A stretch of DNA of 32,000 nucleotides from Ktedonobacterales bacterium (GCA_030167145.1 CP126532.1:3210001-3242000); one strand, 5' to 3'. Counted from the stretch's first letter, positions 8,763 through 16,189 are shown. The notes: generated by a model from the letters alone, not told the origin. A program made the numbers and translations.

Positions 8763-9015
8763 CCGGTTCTCCCGTAGCCGCTCGTGGTTGGTCTTGCAGC
8801 GATTGGAAGAACTCTTCTTCTGTGAGCACTTCTGTGAGCGCCTCGCCAGGCCCGCGCCCGCGCGCATGGTACGCATCATAGGCATGGGCCGCATGGTCCT
8901 CCCAGCGCTCCTGGGCGAGGAGATCGGCCAGTAATTGCTCTAGCGTTTGGCCGCGTTCTGTAGCAAGCTCGGTGATGGATTGATAGATTTCATCGGAGAT
9001 AGCAATGTTGCGCAT
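8749..9015 (-). CDS. Putative antitoxin (RHH-like N-terminus, acidic C-terminus)
   Basis: 88 aa. The N-terminal MRNIAISDEIYQSITELATERGQTLEQLL resembles ribbon-helix-helix antitoxins. Translationally overlapped with the toxin. Confidence 0.5.
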   Translation of the reverse strand: MRNIAISDEIYQSITELATERGQTLEQLLADLLAQERWEDHAAHAYDAYHARGRGPGEALTEVLTEEEFFQSLQDQPRAATGEPDADV

Positions 9016-9050
9016 AGAGGCTCTTTCTGGAAAGGCGCAGGATTGCCTTT

Positions 9051-9079
9051 AGCGTACACTGTGCGGTGGCCCTTGCCAA
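9051..9079 (-). promoter_or_regulatory. Candidate TA promoter TTGGCA-17-TACGCT with a downstream inverted repeat
   Basis: Minus-strand -35 at 9079-9074 and -10 at 9056-9051. The inverted repeat AAAGGC-N8-GCCTTT (9031-9050) lies between the -10 and the start codon, an operator-like position. Confidence 0.4.
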
Positions 9080-9097
9080 CGCGCATGCTAGCTTGGG

Positions 9098-9170
9098 TGG
9101 GGCTGACAGGATTCGAACCTGCGACACACGGTTTAGGAAACCGATGCTCTATCCCCTGAGCTACAGCCCC
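9098..9170 (-). tRNA. tRNA-Arg (anticodon CCU)
   Basis: 73-nt cloverleaf folded by hand: acceptor GGGGCTG/CAGCCCC, D arm GCTC-AGGGGATA-GAGC, anticodon loop TTCCTAA, T arm GCAGG-TTCGAAT-CCTGT, discriminator A. CCA is not fully encoded. Confidence 0.9.
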
Positions 9171-9184
9171 AAATGAACGCCCTC

Positions 9185-9214
9185 AGTATACCCAACGCAC
9201 ACGACGTATGGCAA
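9185..9214 (-). promoter_or_regulatory. Candidate tRNA-Arg promoter TTGCCA-18-TATACT
   Basis: Minus-strand -35 at 9214-9209 and -10 at 9190-9185, about 15 nt upstream of the tRNA 5' end. Confidence 0.5.
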
Positions 9215-9363
9215 CTCTGCGCCATGGACCCCCACAACAGCACCGCCCCTCCGCGCCCCCGTACTCATCTCCTACGCTCATCTTTTCGTGTGCTATGGTT
9301 GTGCTACGTGTTATGTCGCGAAAAGCGCACGCTAGACCACCAGCAGAGGGGCAGGCAGCGACG

Positions 9364-10041
9364 ATGGCATCCAGCAACTATGACTATGGACAGGTCAGAA
9401 CCTATATCGCGCAACAGCAACAGCACATCGCCGAGCTTCAGCGCGAGAACGCCGAATTGCGCCGCCAGCTCGACGAACTGCGCCACGGCGTCGGCGTCTC
9501 GGTCACAATACAGGGGCACGCCATCGCATTGCAGCCGCCGGCCACCACTGGCGCGCCGCACTACACGCGCTCATATCCCACACCCCCGGCTGGCACGAGA
9601 GCAACGGGAGCGGCAACCCAGGAGACGCACTTCCAGGAGAACGAGTGGCTCTCCGGCCCGACCCAGCGTGTCGCCGCACCTGTACCCGCCCAGCGCACGA
9701 CCGCACCCGCGCCCACCGGCTATCAGCCCGCGCCCACCCGCGAGCCGTCGCCCTCGCAGCGCATGACACCCACATGGCTGCGCGAGCGCCCACCCGCACC
9801 TGCGTCCACACAAGCGCCCACACCCGCCCATGACGCCTGGATAAACTCTAACCCCGGCGCCACACGCCGCCAGCCACAGCCGCCCGCGCAACCAGCGCAA
9901 CCAGCGCAACCAGCACGCGAACCCTTCTGGCCTGCCGAATCCTATCCCTCGCGCGGGCAGCGCACCATGCAGCGTGGCGTTCCGCGCCCGCACTATCAGC
10001 CCGACCCCAACCCCTACGCCGATAGTTTCATGCTCGAATAG
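9364..10041 (+). CDS. Hypothetical protein: N-terminal coiled coil, P/Q/A-rich C-terminal region
   Basis: Start set at MASSNYDYG (9364). QQQQHIAELQRENAELRRQLDELR forms a heptad-like segment. The rest is proline-rich and includes a QPAQPAQPA repeat. Codon bias is consistent with coding. Confidence 0.5.
   Translation: MASSNYDYGQVRTYIAQQQQHIAELQRENAELRRQLDELRHGVGVSVTIQGHAIALQPPATTGAPHYTRSYPTPPAGTRATGAATQETHFQENEWLSGPTQRVAAPVPAQRTTAPAPTGYQPAPTREPSPSQRMTPTWLRERPPAPASTQAPTPAHDAWINSNPGATRRQPQPPAQPAQPAQPAREPFWPAESYPSRGQRTMQRGVPRPHYQPDPNPYADSFMLE
9886..9912 (+). repeat. 9-nt tandem repeat gcgcaacca x3 (in-frame, encodes AQP repeats)
   Basis: Three perfect units read directly from the sequence. Confidence 0.85.
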
Positions 10042-10087
10042 CTAACGACACCGCCGCGTTGGTGGCTTTCGGCCTGATCCCGAACAC

Positions 10088-10744
10088 TCATGCGTGGGCG
10101 GCGAGCAGCGCTTCGATCTCCCGGATCGCCTGCGCGTTATCCTGGAAGAGCACGCCGTGGATGCCGAAATCACGCGCGGCGGCGATGTTGCCAGGAGCGT
10201 CATCCAGGAAGACCATCTCCACAGGCTGAACACTTAGCCGCTCGCAGGTCAGCGCATAGATGCGCGGGTCGGGCTTGGCGACGCCCACCTCATGCGAGTA
10301 GACGATCATCTCCGCCATGTCCCCGAACCCACGCGCCACATGCTCCCGCTCGCGCGCTCCCACGAAGCTGTTGCTGAGGAACGCCGTGCGATAACGCGGA
10401 CGCAGGCCCACGAAATACGCAGCCAATTCGGGGTTTGGGTCGCCGATATACGTATCCCAGAAATCATCCATGAACTCGTCTGTTCGCGCCGCATCCCACC
10501 CTGTCACCGCGCGCAACTCCGCCACCCACTCCTCATAGGAGCAGGTTCCTAGTGCGCCATCTTTGCCCGCTGCCGTGAGCCGCTCATCCATCCCTTTGAT
10601 CTGCGCGCCGAGTTCGCCCGGCGCCATATCCAGCCGCCGCTCCCACCGCGCCATCATCTCCGGGAAGCGCCTAGTCGGATCGCCACCCTCCGGGATGATC
10701 TCCAGAATGCCACCGATATCAAACACCACCGCCTTGATTGCCAC
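10088..10744 (-). CDS. HAD family hydrolase
   Basis: 218 aa. N-terminal AVVFDIGGIL (motif I variant), SNS (motif II) and VFLDDAPGNI (motif IV). Confidence 0.8.
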   Translation of the reverse strand: MAIKAVVFDIGGILEIIPEGGDPTRRFPEMMARWERRLDMAPGELGAQIKGMDERLTAAGKDGALGTCSYEEWVAELRAVTGWDAARTDEFMDDFWDTYIGDPNPELAAYFVGLRPRYRTAFLSNSFVGAREREHVARGFGDMAEMIVYSHEVGVAKPDPRIYALTCERLSVQPVEMVFLDDAPGNIAAARDFGIHGVLFQDNAQAIREIEALLAAHA

Positions 10745-10800
10745 CTGCTCCGCTCCTTTCGCTCACACCAACTTCGCCACGCCAGTCAGTCGCCACGCCC

Positions 10801-11328
10801 CTACTGCGCATCCGTCGCATCCGTCGCGCGTGGCTCCGCGCTCTCCGTGCGTTCGAACACGCCGCTCTTGCCCCCGCTCTTCCGCAGCAACCGTATCGCC
10901 TCGATGCTCATCTCGCGGTCCACCGCCTTGCACATGTCATACACCGTCAGCGCCGCCGCGCTCACCGCCGTCAGCGCCTCCATCTCCGCCCCCGTTTTGC
11001 CTACCGTGCGCACCGTCGCACGCATGTGCAGCAGCCCCATCCCGCCTTCCGCCGTATCCTCCAGCTCGAACGCCAGTTCCACGCCCGTCAGCAGCAGCGT
11101 ATGGCACAGCGGGATGATCTCCGGCGTCCGTTTGGCCGCCATGATGCCCGCCACCTGCGCGATAGCCAGCACATCGCCCTTAGCCATGCGCCCCGCGCGG
11201 ATCAGGCTCAGCGTCTCGCCGCGCATCCGCACCGTCCCAGCCGCAATCGCCTCGCGCGCCGTCTCATCCTTCGCGCCCACATCCACCATGCGCGCCCGTC
11301 CTGCCGCGTCGAAATGCGTAAATCCCAT
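10801..11328 (-). CDS. moaC: Cyclic pyranopterin monophosphate synthase MoaC
   Basis: THFD..G.ARMVDV..K, GDVL..A..AGI.AAKRT...IPLCH and GVEMEALTA-like motifs. Start at MGFTHFD (11328) with GAGGGGAG as RBS; the ORF runs to 11514. Confidence 0.9.
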   Translation of the reverse strand: MGFTHFDAAGRARMVDVGAKDETAREAIAAGTVRMRGETLSLIRAGRMAKGDVLAIAQVAGIMAAKRTPEIIPLCHTLLLTGVELAFELEDTAEGGMGLLHMRATVRTVGKTGAEMEALTAVSAAALTVYDMCKAVDREMSIEAIRLLRKSGGKSGVFERTESAEPRATDATDAQ

Positions 11329-11566
11329 CGTGCTCACTCCCCTCAATACGTCTCCCTGGATGATACCGCAATGGCAACCGGCGTGGCGCAAAGGCCACAC
11401 ACTTCGTTGTAAGACATGCGCTCCCTGTGGCATCCCCAACGTCCCGCCGTGCTTGCGGGACAACATGACATAGGCTATACTGGCCATAATGCTGGGCATT
11501 ATACGAATGCGCATACCGTATCACGCGCCGACATCATTTGGCATGCGGAGGAATTGAGAGCAACAT

Positions 11567-12070
11567 ATGGCAAAGAAGTCTACCGGCGCCCGCCAGACCG
11601 CCGCCACACGCAAGACGCAGACAGCGGTCCGCTCGCCAGAAGTCACTCTGGTGCGCCCGCCCAAATCCAGCACCGCGCCAGTTCCAGCAGCGTCGGCAAC
11701 TACGCCCACACCCACATCCGCACCAACCCAAAAGTCTACCGGCGCCTCAGCCGTCTCTCCACAGCGCAAAGCGCCCACCGCCCCGACTGCTGCCCGCCCA
11801 CGCCCGCTCGAGGCTCCCAAGCCCGCCCGGCCTGCTGCTGCCAGCGCCCCTGCGCCGCGAGCCGCCGAAACCGCCGCGACGCGCCCCCAGATGACCCGCG
11901 CTGAAGCAACCCGCGTCGCGCGTGCCAAGGCCACCCAGCGCGCCCAGCGCGCCTTCGTCGTCACTCCCGAACACTTCAGCTACGTGATTAGCGACCTCAA
12001 GCTCATTGCCGCGCTTGCCAGCGCCATGTTCATCGTGCTCATCATCCTGCACTTCACGCTTCCCGCGTAA
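11567..12070 (+). CDS. Hypothetical tail-anchored membrane protein, A/P/T-rich basic N-terminal region
   Basis: GGAGGAA RBS at about 11547. 167 aa, low complexity, with a single C-terminal TM helix (LIAALASAMFIVLIILHF). Confidence 0.5.
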   Translation: MAKKSTGARQTAATRKTQTAVRSPEVTLVRPPKSSTAPVPAASATTPTPTSAPTQKSTGASAVSPQRKAPTAPTAARPRPLEAPKPARPAAASAPAPRAAETAATRPQMTRAEATRVARAKATQRAQRAFVVTPEHFSYVISDLKLIAALASAMFIVLIILHFTLPA

Positions 12071-12088
12071 ACATTACCACCAGCAGCA

Positions 12089-12130
12089 ACGCCCGAACCA
12101 CTGGAACCTCCAGCCGTGTCCGGGCGTTTC
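12089..12130 (+). terminator. Candidate terminator (ACGCCCG...CGGGCGT stem with inner CTGGA-acc-TCCAG, then TTTC)
   Basis: The 7-bp outer stem 12089-12095/12121-12127 encloses a small inner hairpin and is followed by a short T run. Confidence 0.35.
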
Positions 12131-12171
12131 ATTGTCATATGTCGTACGTAATTGACGTGTTTCCGCTCGCG

Positions 12172-12444
12172 CTAGTACGCCGTGCTCATCCGCAACGGCT
12201 CACCCTGGCGGCTCTCCGCCGGAATCATCACACCAAGGATTCGCTCAATAGCCATCGTATGGCAGCAGGTTCCCCAGTCTCCAAAAAAGTTACAATCGCA
12301 GTGCCACTTGCCATCAGCAAAGCTCGTCGTGTGCGAATCATTCTCTCCCCGGAAAGTCGCCGCAAATTGCATAAACTGAATTCGTTCCGGCTCCTGGGCA
12401 TACTGCTTGGCCTTGGCGATCTTTCCGATCATGCTTGAGTGCAT
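12172..12444 (-). CDS. Small SWIM zinc-finger protein
   Basis: 90 aa. WHCDCNFFGDWGTCCHTMA fits the SWIM CxC-x(n)-CxH signature. Purine-rich RBS (GGAAAGCGGGGG) upstream. Confidence 0.6.
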   Translation of the reverse strand: MHSSMIGKIAKAKQYAQEPERIQFMQFAATFRGENDSHTTSFADGKWHCDCNFFGDWGTCCHTMAIERILGVMIPAESRQGEPLRMSTAY

Positions 12445-12681
12445 CGGGAACCCCCGCTTTCCTTTCTCTCTCCCGGTCGCGTCGCCATCAGCCGCGCGAC
12501 ACCTCGGAGAGGCTGGAAGCCGGCAATGGCCATCTCGGCGTGGCCTGACCGGCTCTGAAACGGACTGCGCGCACCATCTGCCAACTCGTGCCGTGCTGGC
12601 CTGATATCCTCCTCATTGCTACGGCTTGCCGCCCCGCGCTCCCTTCACGCGCCAGGCGCCACCAGCGCAACTTACACCCAT

Positions 12682-12718
12682 AACACAAAGGCGCCGGAGG
12701 ATACTCCTCACGGCGCCC
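12682..12718 (-). terminator. Intrinsic terminator on the minus strand with no CDS upstream
   Basis: Minus-strand read: GGCGCCGUGAGGA-GUA-UCCUCCGGCGCC, 12 bp with one bulge, followed by UUUGUGUU. Confidence 0.6.
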
Positions 12719-12845
12719 GACACCCACCTACCATCCACGCAACGATCCCGCTCCGGTCGTTCTCATCGTTCCGGTAAACTTCGCGCATCTTCGATTCCCC
12801 CCTTCAACTATCAGGGTCCTCTCAAGAATGCTTTCCGTTGCGTGT
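12719..12845 (-). ncRNA. Candidate structured RNA (unclassified riboswitch aptamer or sRNA body)
   Basis: Lies between a minus-strand promoter and the terminator. A 7-bp closing helix CGCAACG (12842-12836) / CGTTGCG (12744-12738) encloses about 90 nt. Inside are two internal stems (GCAT(T)CTT...AAGATGC and CCGG...CCGG). No plausible ORF. Confidence 0.35.
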
Positions 12846-12851
12846 GGCGAT

Positions 12852-12880
12852 AGTGTACCATGTGGGTGTGAGCGCGTCTA
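12852..12880 (-). promoter_or_regulatory. Candidate minus-strand promoter TAGACG-17-(TGg)TACACT
   Basis: -35 at 12880-12875, -10 at 12857-12852, with a TG extended -10 element. Confidence 0.4.
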
Positions 12881-12902
12881 GTCACAATCTTGGGTACTGT
12901 TC

Positions 12903-12920
12903 GTGACAGCATTATGTCAC
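12903..12920 (+). promoter_or_regulatory. Palindrome GTGACA-N6-TGTCAC upstream of the glcD-like gene
   Basis: Perfect 6-bp arms, 29 nt upstream of the ATG at 12949. The spacer contains CATTAT. Confidence 0.35.
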
Positions 12921-12948
12921 CTCGCCACCCTACAAAGGGTATCGTCGC

Positions 12949-14472
12949 ATGACCAGCCTTCCATCATCTCAGCCAACGGTAGCGCAGACATTCCTGTCTG
13001 CCAACCCAATCTCCGCCCCCCATACCCTCGATACCCTCGCCGATACCCTCGCGCGCGCGCTCCCACCCGGCGTAGTCCTGCGCCAGCCCGCCGAACTGGT
13101 CAGCTATGGCTACGACGCCAGCTTCCTCTCTGCGCGCCCCGATCTCGTCACCCTCCCCACCACCACCGAGCAGGTCGCCACCATCGTCCGGCTGGCAACG
13201 GCCGCCGGTGTGCCCATTGTGCCGCGTGGCTCCGGAACCGGCCTCTGCGGCGGAGCCGTTCCCGCACGCGGTGGCGTCGTCATCAGCCTCACGCGTATGA
13301 ACTCCATTCACCGCATAGATGCCCGCAACCGGCGCGCCACCGTCGCGCCGGGCGTCATCAACCTGGATCTCACGCGCGCCGCCGCCCCCTACGGGCTGTA
13401 CTACGCGCCCGATCCCGCCAGCCAGAAGATCTCCACCATCGGCGGCAACGTCGCCACCAACGCCGGTGGACCCCATTGCCTGGCGTCCGGCGTCACCACC
13501 AATCATGTGCTCGCGCTCGAAGCCGTCCTCCCCACCGGCGAAACAGTCTGGCTCGGCAGCGAAGACGGCGCGCTCGACGCCCCCGGCTATGATCTCGTCG
13601 GCGCGCTCACCGGCTCTGAAGGCACCCTCGCCCTCATCACCAAAATTGTCGTGCGTCTGCTGCCCGCGCCCGAAGCCGTCGAAACTCTGCTGGCGATCTA
13701 TCCCGACATCGCCTCCGGCGTCAACACCGTCACCGCCATCATCGGCGCGGGCATCATCCCCAGCGCGCTCGAAATGATGGATGGCATCGTCTGCCAGGCC
13801 GTCGAACGCCACTTCCACGTCGGCTACCCCCAGGATGCCGGCAGCGTGCTGCTGATCGAACTGGACGGCCCGCGCGAGGCCGTCGCCGAGCAGCGCCAGC
13901 GCATCCAGCGCATCTGTGGCGCCTATGGCGCCCGCGAAGTGCGCGTAGCGCGCACAACCGCGGAGCGCGCCGCCCTCTGGGCGGGACGCAAAGGCGCGGC
14001 GGGCACCTACGGCCAGCTCGCGCCCAACTACTACCTGCAAGACGCCGTCGTGCCGCGCTCGCGTCTGCCCCAGATCATGCAGCGTGTCGCCGAGATCGCC
14101 CGCGACTACCGGCTGACCATCCCCAACGTCTTTCACGCGGGCGACGGCAACCTGCACCCCGCCATGCTCTTCGACCGCACTCGCCCCGGCGACATCGAGC
14201 GCGTCATCACCGCGGGCACCGAACTGCTGACCGCATGCGTCGCCATGGGTGGCACCGTCTCAGGCGAGCACGGCATCGGCATGGAAAAACGCGACGCCCT
14301 GCCACTCGTCTTCTCTGCCCACGATCTCGCCGCCATGGCCCGGCTGCGCACCGCCTTCGATCCGCATACTCTTTTCAACCCCGAAAAACTCTTCCCCACT
14401 GCCGCATCCTGCGTCGAAGTGCGCGATCCAACACTGCTCGCCGACGACGCAACGCACCCCTGGATGTGCTGA
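12949..14472 (+). CDS. FAD-linked oxidase (GlcD / D-lactate dehydrogenase family)
   Basis: 507 aa. FAD-binding PCMH domain (PRGSGTGLCGGAVP, GGNVATNAGG) and C-terminal GGTVSGEHGIGMEKR. Confidence 0.85.
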   Translation: MTSLPSSQPTVAQTFLSANPISAPHTLDTLADTLARALPPGVVLRQPAELVSYGYDASFLSARPDLVTLPTTTEQVATIVRLATAAGVPIVPRGSGTGLCGGAVPARGGVVISLTRMNSIHRIDARNRRATVAPGVINLDLTRAAAPYGLYYAPDPASQKISTIGGNVATNAGGPHCLASGVTTNHVLALEAVLPTGETVWLGSEDGALDAPGYDLVGALTGSEGTLALITKIVVRLLPAPEAVETLLAIYPDIASGVNTVTAIIGAGIIPSALEMMDGIVCQAVERHFHVGYPQDAGSVLLIELDGPREAVAEQRQRIQRICGAYGAREVRVARTTAERAALWAGRKGAAGTYGQLAPNYYLQDAVVPRSRLPQIMQRVAEIARDYRLTIPNVFHAGDGNLHPAMLFDRTRPGDIERVITAGTELLTACVAMGGTVSGEHGIGMEKRDALPLVFSAHDLAAMARLRTAFDPHTLFNPEKLFPTAASCVEVRDPTLLADDATHPWMC

Positions 14473-14692
14473 ACCGTGGCGTGGAATATGCTAGAGCCTC
14501 GTGCTGTATGCTATAAGGTGTATGGCATAGGCCGATACGCCTATCCACACCCGCGACCTCTACCTGGCAAATGCCCGCTTTGTCATGCTGCCGCGGCGTT
14601 CCTCCACGAACTCCGGCCGCCCGTCATGTGTCCGACATCATAGCATGCTGGCATCAGGTGCCGTATGCGGTTACGATCTCGCATATCATGGA

Positions 14693-14725
14693 GCGCGTCA
14701 CATATAGCGCGTCACATATAGCGCA
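14693..14725 (+). repeat. 14-nt tandem repeat gcgcgtcacatata x2 plus a partial third unit
   Basis: Read directly from the sequence. Lies 33-65 nt upstream of the GTG start at 14758. Confidence 0.85.
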
Positions 14726-14757
14726 TTGAGTCTTCTCAAATTAGAAGGAGTGCCAGG

Positions 14758-15837
14758 GTGGACGTTCTGGTGATAGGCGCGGGTGTCTCCGGATTGACGA
14801 GCGCGCTTCGTCTGTTGCGGTCCGGGCGCCGGGTGACGATTTGGGCCAAGGCGCTGCCGCCAAACACAACTTCCAACGTCGCGGCAGCCGTCTGGATGCC
14901 CTACGCCGTACAGGGCCAGCACGAAGACGATGTGCGGCGCTGGGGCAAGATCTCGCTGGATGAATTCACCACGCTCGCACAAACGCCAGACACGGGCATT
15001 GTCTGGCGCGATGTTCTCGACATCTACCCCAAACCCAATGGCGCCACGCCCACATGGGCCGAAAGCCTGGCCACATTCCGCTCTGCCCGACCCGACGAAC
15101 TGGCGCCCGGATATACCCAGGGTTACGCTTTCAGCGCGCCAGTCATTGACATGTCCATCTATCTCGACTACCTGCGTCGCACCTTCGAGGCCGAAGGCGG
15201 GCGCATCCACACCACCGAAGTTCGCAACTGGCACGATGTCTTTCCGGCAAACTGGCGTGTCGTGGTCAACTGCGCCGGGCTGGGCGCGCGCGCCCTCGCC
15301 ACAGACGACACCGCCACCACAGCCGATAGCCGTGGCGTCCACGCCGGACGTGGGCAAGTCGTGCGTGTGCGCGTGCCCGGTGGTTTCAGCAAGGTGCTCA
15401 CCGACGACACCGACCCCGAGCGCCCCACCTACATCGTGCCACGCCTCCACGACATCGTCCTCGGCGGCTTCAATCAACCCAATGAGCAGCTAGAGCCAGA
15501 CCAGCGCCAAACCCTCGATATCCTGCGTCGCTGCGCCCAACTCGCCAGCTACTACGACCCCGCCTTCGCCGCCAGCCTGCGCGCGCTAGCCTCTCCCAGC
15601 GCCAGCGGCACAGCGCCACGCGCCGAAATCGTCAGTATCGGCGTCGGCCTGCGCCCCGTGCGCCACACCGTGCGGCTTGAAGCCCGTCAAGTGCTCCCCG
15701 GTCGCTACGTCATCCACAACTACGGGCATGGTGGCGCGGGTGTCACACTCTCGTGGGGTTGCGCAGCAGACGTCGCCCAACTCGTCGAAGAAGTTGGCGG
15801 CGCTTCTGCCCCCCTGACGGCAGTGGCGGGCGCATGA
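14758..15837 (+). CDS. D-amino-acid oxidase (DAO family FAD-dependent oxidoreductase)
   Basis: GTG start with AGAAGGAG as RBS. N-terminal VLVIGAGVSGL Rossmann motif. C-terminal VIHNYGHGGAGVTLSWGCA fits the DAAO signature pattern as I recall it. Confidence 0.8.
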   Translation: MDVLVIGAGVSGLTSALRLLRSGRRVTIWAKALPPNTTSNVAAAVWMPYAVQGQHEDDVRRWGKISLDEFTTLAQTPDTGIVWRDVLDIYPKPNGATPTWAESLATFRSARPDELAPGYTQGYAFSAPVIDMSIYLDYLRRTFEAEGGRIHTTEVRNWHDVFPANWRVVVNCAGLGARALATDDTATTADSRGVHAGRGQVVRVRVPGGFSKVLTDDTDPERPTYIVPRLHDIVLGGFNQPNEQLEPDQRQTLDILRRCAQLASYYDPAFAASLRALASPSASGTAPRAEIVSIGVGLRPVRHTVRLEARQVLPGRYVIHNYGHGGAGVTLSWGCAADVAQLVEEVGGASAPLTAVAGA

Positions 15838-15890
15838 AGACCCGTCCCTCGCTCCACCCTGGTCCCCAACCACCACCATTCATGTGAAAC

Positions 15891-15916
15891 AACATCGTGC
15901 AGCAACATCGTGCAGC
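15891..15916 (+). repeat. 13-nt tandem repeat aacatcgtgcagc x2
   Basis: Read directly from the sequence. Lies in the convergent gap between the DAAO gene and rpmE. Confidence 0.85.
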
Positions 15917-15921
15917 AACAA

Positions 15922-15952
15922 CGAAAAGGCGCGGGCCATTTCGGCTCGCGCC
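15922..15952 (-). terminator. Intrinsic terminator of rpmE
   Basis: Minus-strand read: GGCGCGAGCC-GAAAU-GGCCCGCGCC, 10 bp including one G-U pair, followed by UUUUCG. Begins 22 nt after the rpmE stop. Confidence 0.65.
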
Positions 15953-15973
15953 TCTACTTCGCCTGAACCGTTC

Positions 15974-16189
15974 TCAGGCGTTCTCTTCCGTCAGATTAAA
16001 GCGCCTGCGGAACCGCTCGACACGCCCAGCCGTATCCAGAATACGCTGCTGACCCGTATAGAACGGATGGCACTTCGAGCACACGTCCACCTTCATCGCA
16101 GACCGCGTGCTGCCAACGGTAAATGTAGTGCCACACGAGGCGCACGTAATCGTTGCCTCGACATAGTTAGGGTGAATTCCGGCTTTCAT
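15974..16189 (-). CDS. rpmE: 50S ribosomal protein L31 (Zn-ribbon type)
   Basis: MKAGIHPNY...CASCG...[10 protein letters not shown] is the canonical L31 with both CxxC pairs. Start at 16189; the ORF runs to 16264. Confidence 0.92.
   Translation of the reverse strand: MKAGIHPNYVEATITCASCGTTFTVGSTRSAMKVDVCSKCHPFYTGQQRILDTAGRVERFRRRFNLTEENA

Larger units (their letters stand above)
8434..9131 (-). mobile_element. Integrase-less islet bounded by tRNA-Arg 3'-half direct repeats, carrying only a TA pair
   Basis: Direct repeats at 8434-8470 and 9095-9131 bracket about 620 bp. That interval contains only the antitoxin and toxin ORFs with their own promoter. It is visibly less GC-rich than the flanks. 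Confidence 0.5.

Noticed and set aside
12445-12948. A housekeeping RNA (SRP/4.5S, RNase P, tmRNA, 6S) or a cobalamin, TPP or glycine riboswitch in the 500-nt gap.
   Set aside because: The diagnostic strings are absent: GGAAGCAGC for SRP, GAGGAAAGUCCGGGC for RNase P, a tRNA-like 3' end for tmRNA, the B12 box and GGUG..AAUCC for cobalamin, and CUGAGA...ACCUGAUCUGG for TPP. Only weak partial resemblances were seen, such as GUCAGGCC and GAAGGGG.
12964-14157. 397-aa minus-strand ORF. Similar long antisense ORFs include 3337..4419 (+), 5080..6126 (+), 14698..15477 (-), 20963..21811 (-), 28170..29132 (-) and 3009..3884 (+).
   Set aside because: Each lies antisense to a gene with clear family motifs. 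Their products are Arg/Ala/Gly/Pro-rich low-complexity strings, as expected for shadow frames in GC-rich DNA. None has a recognisable domain.
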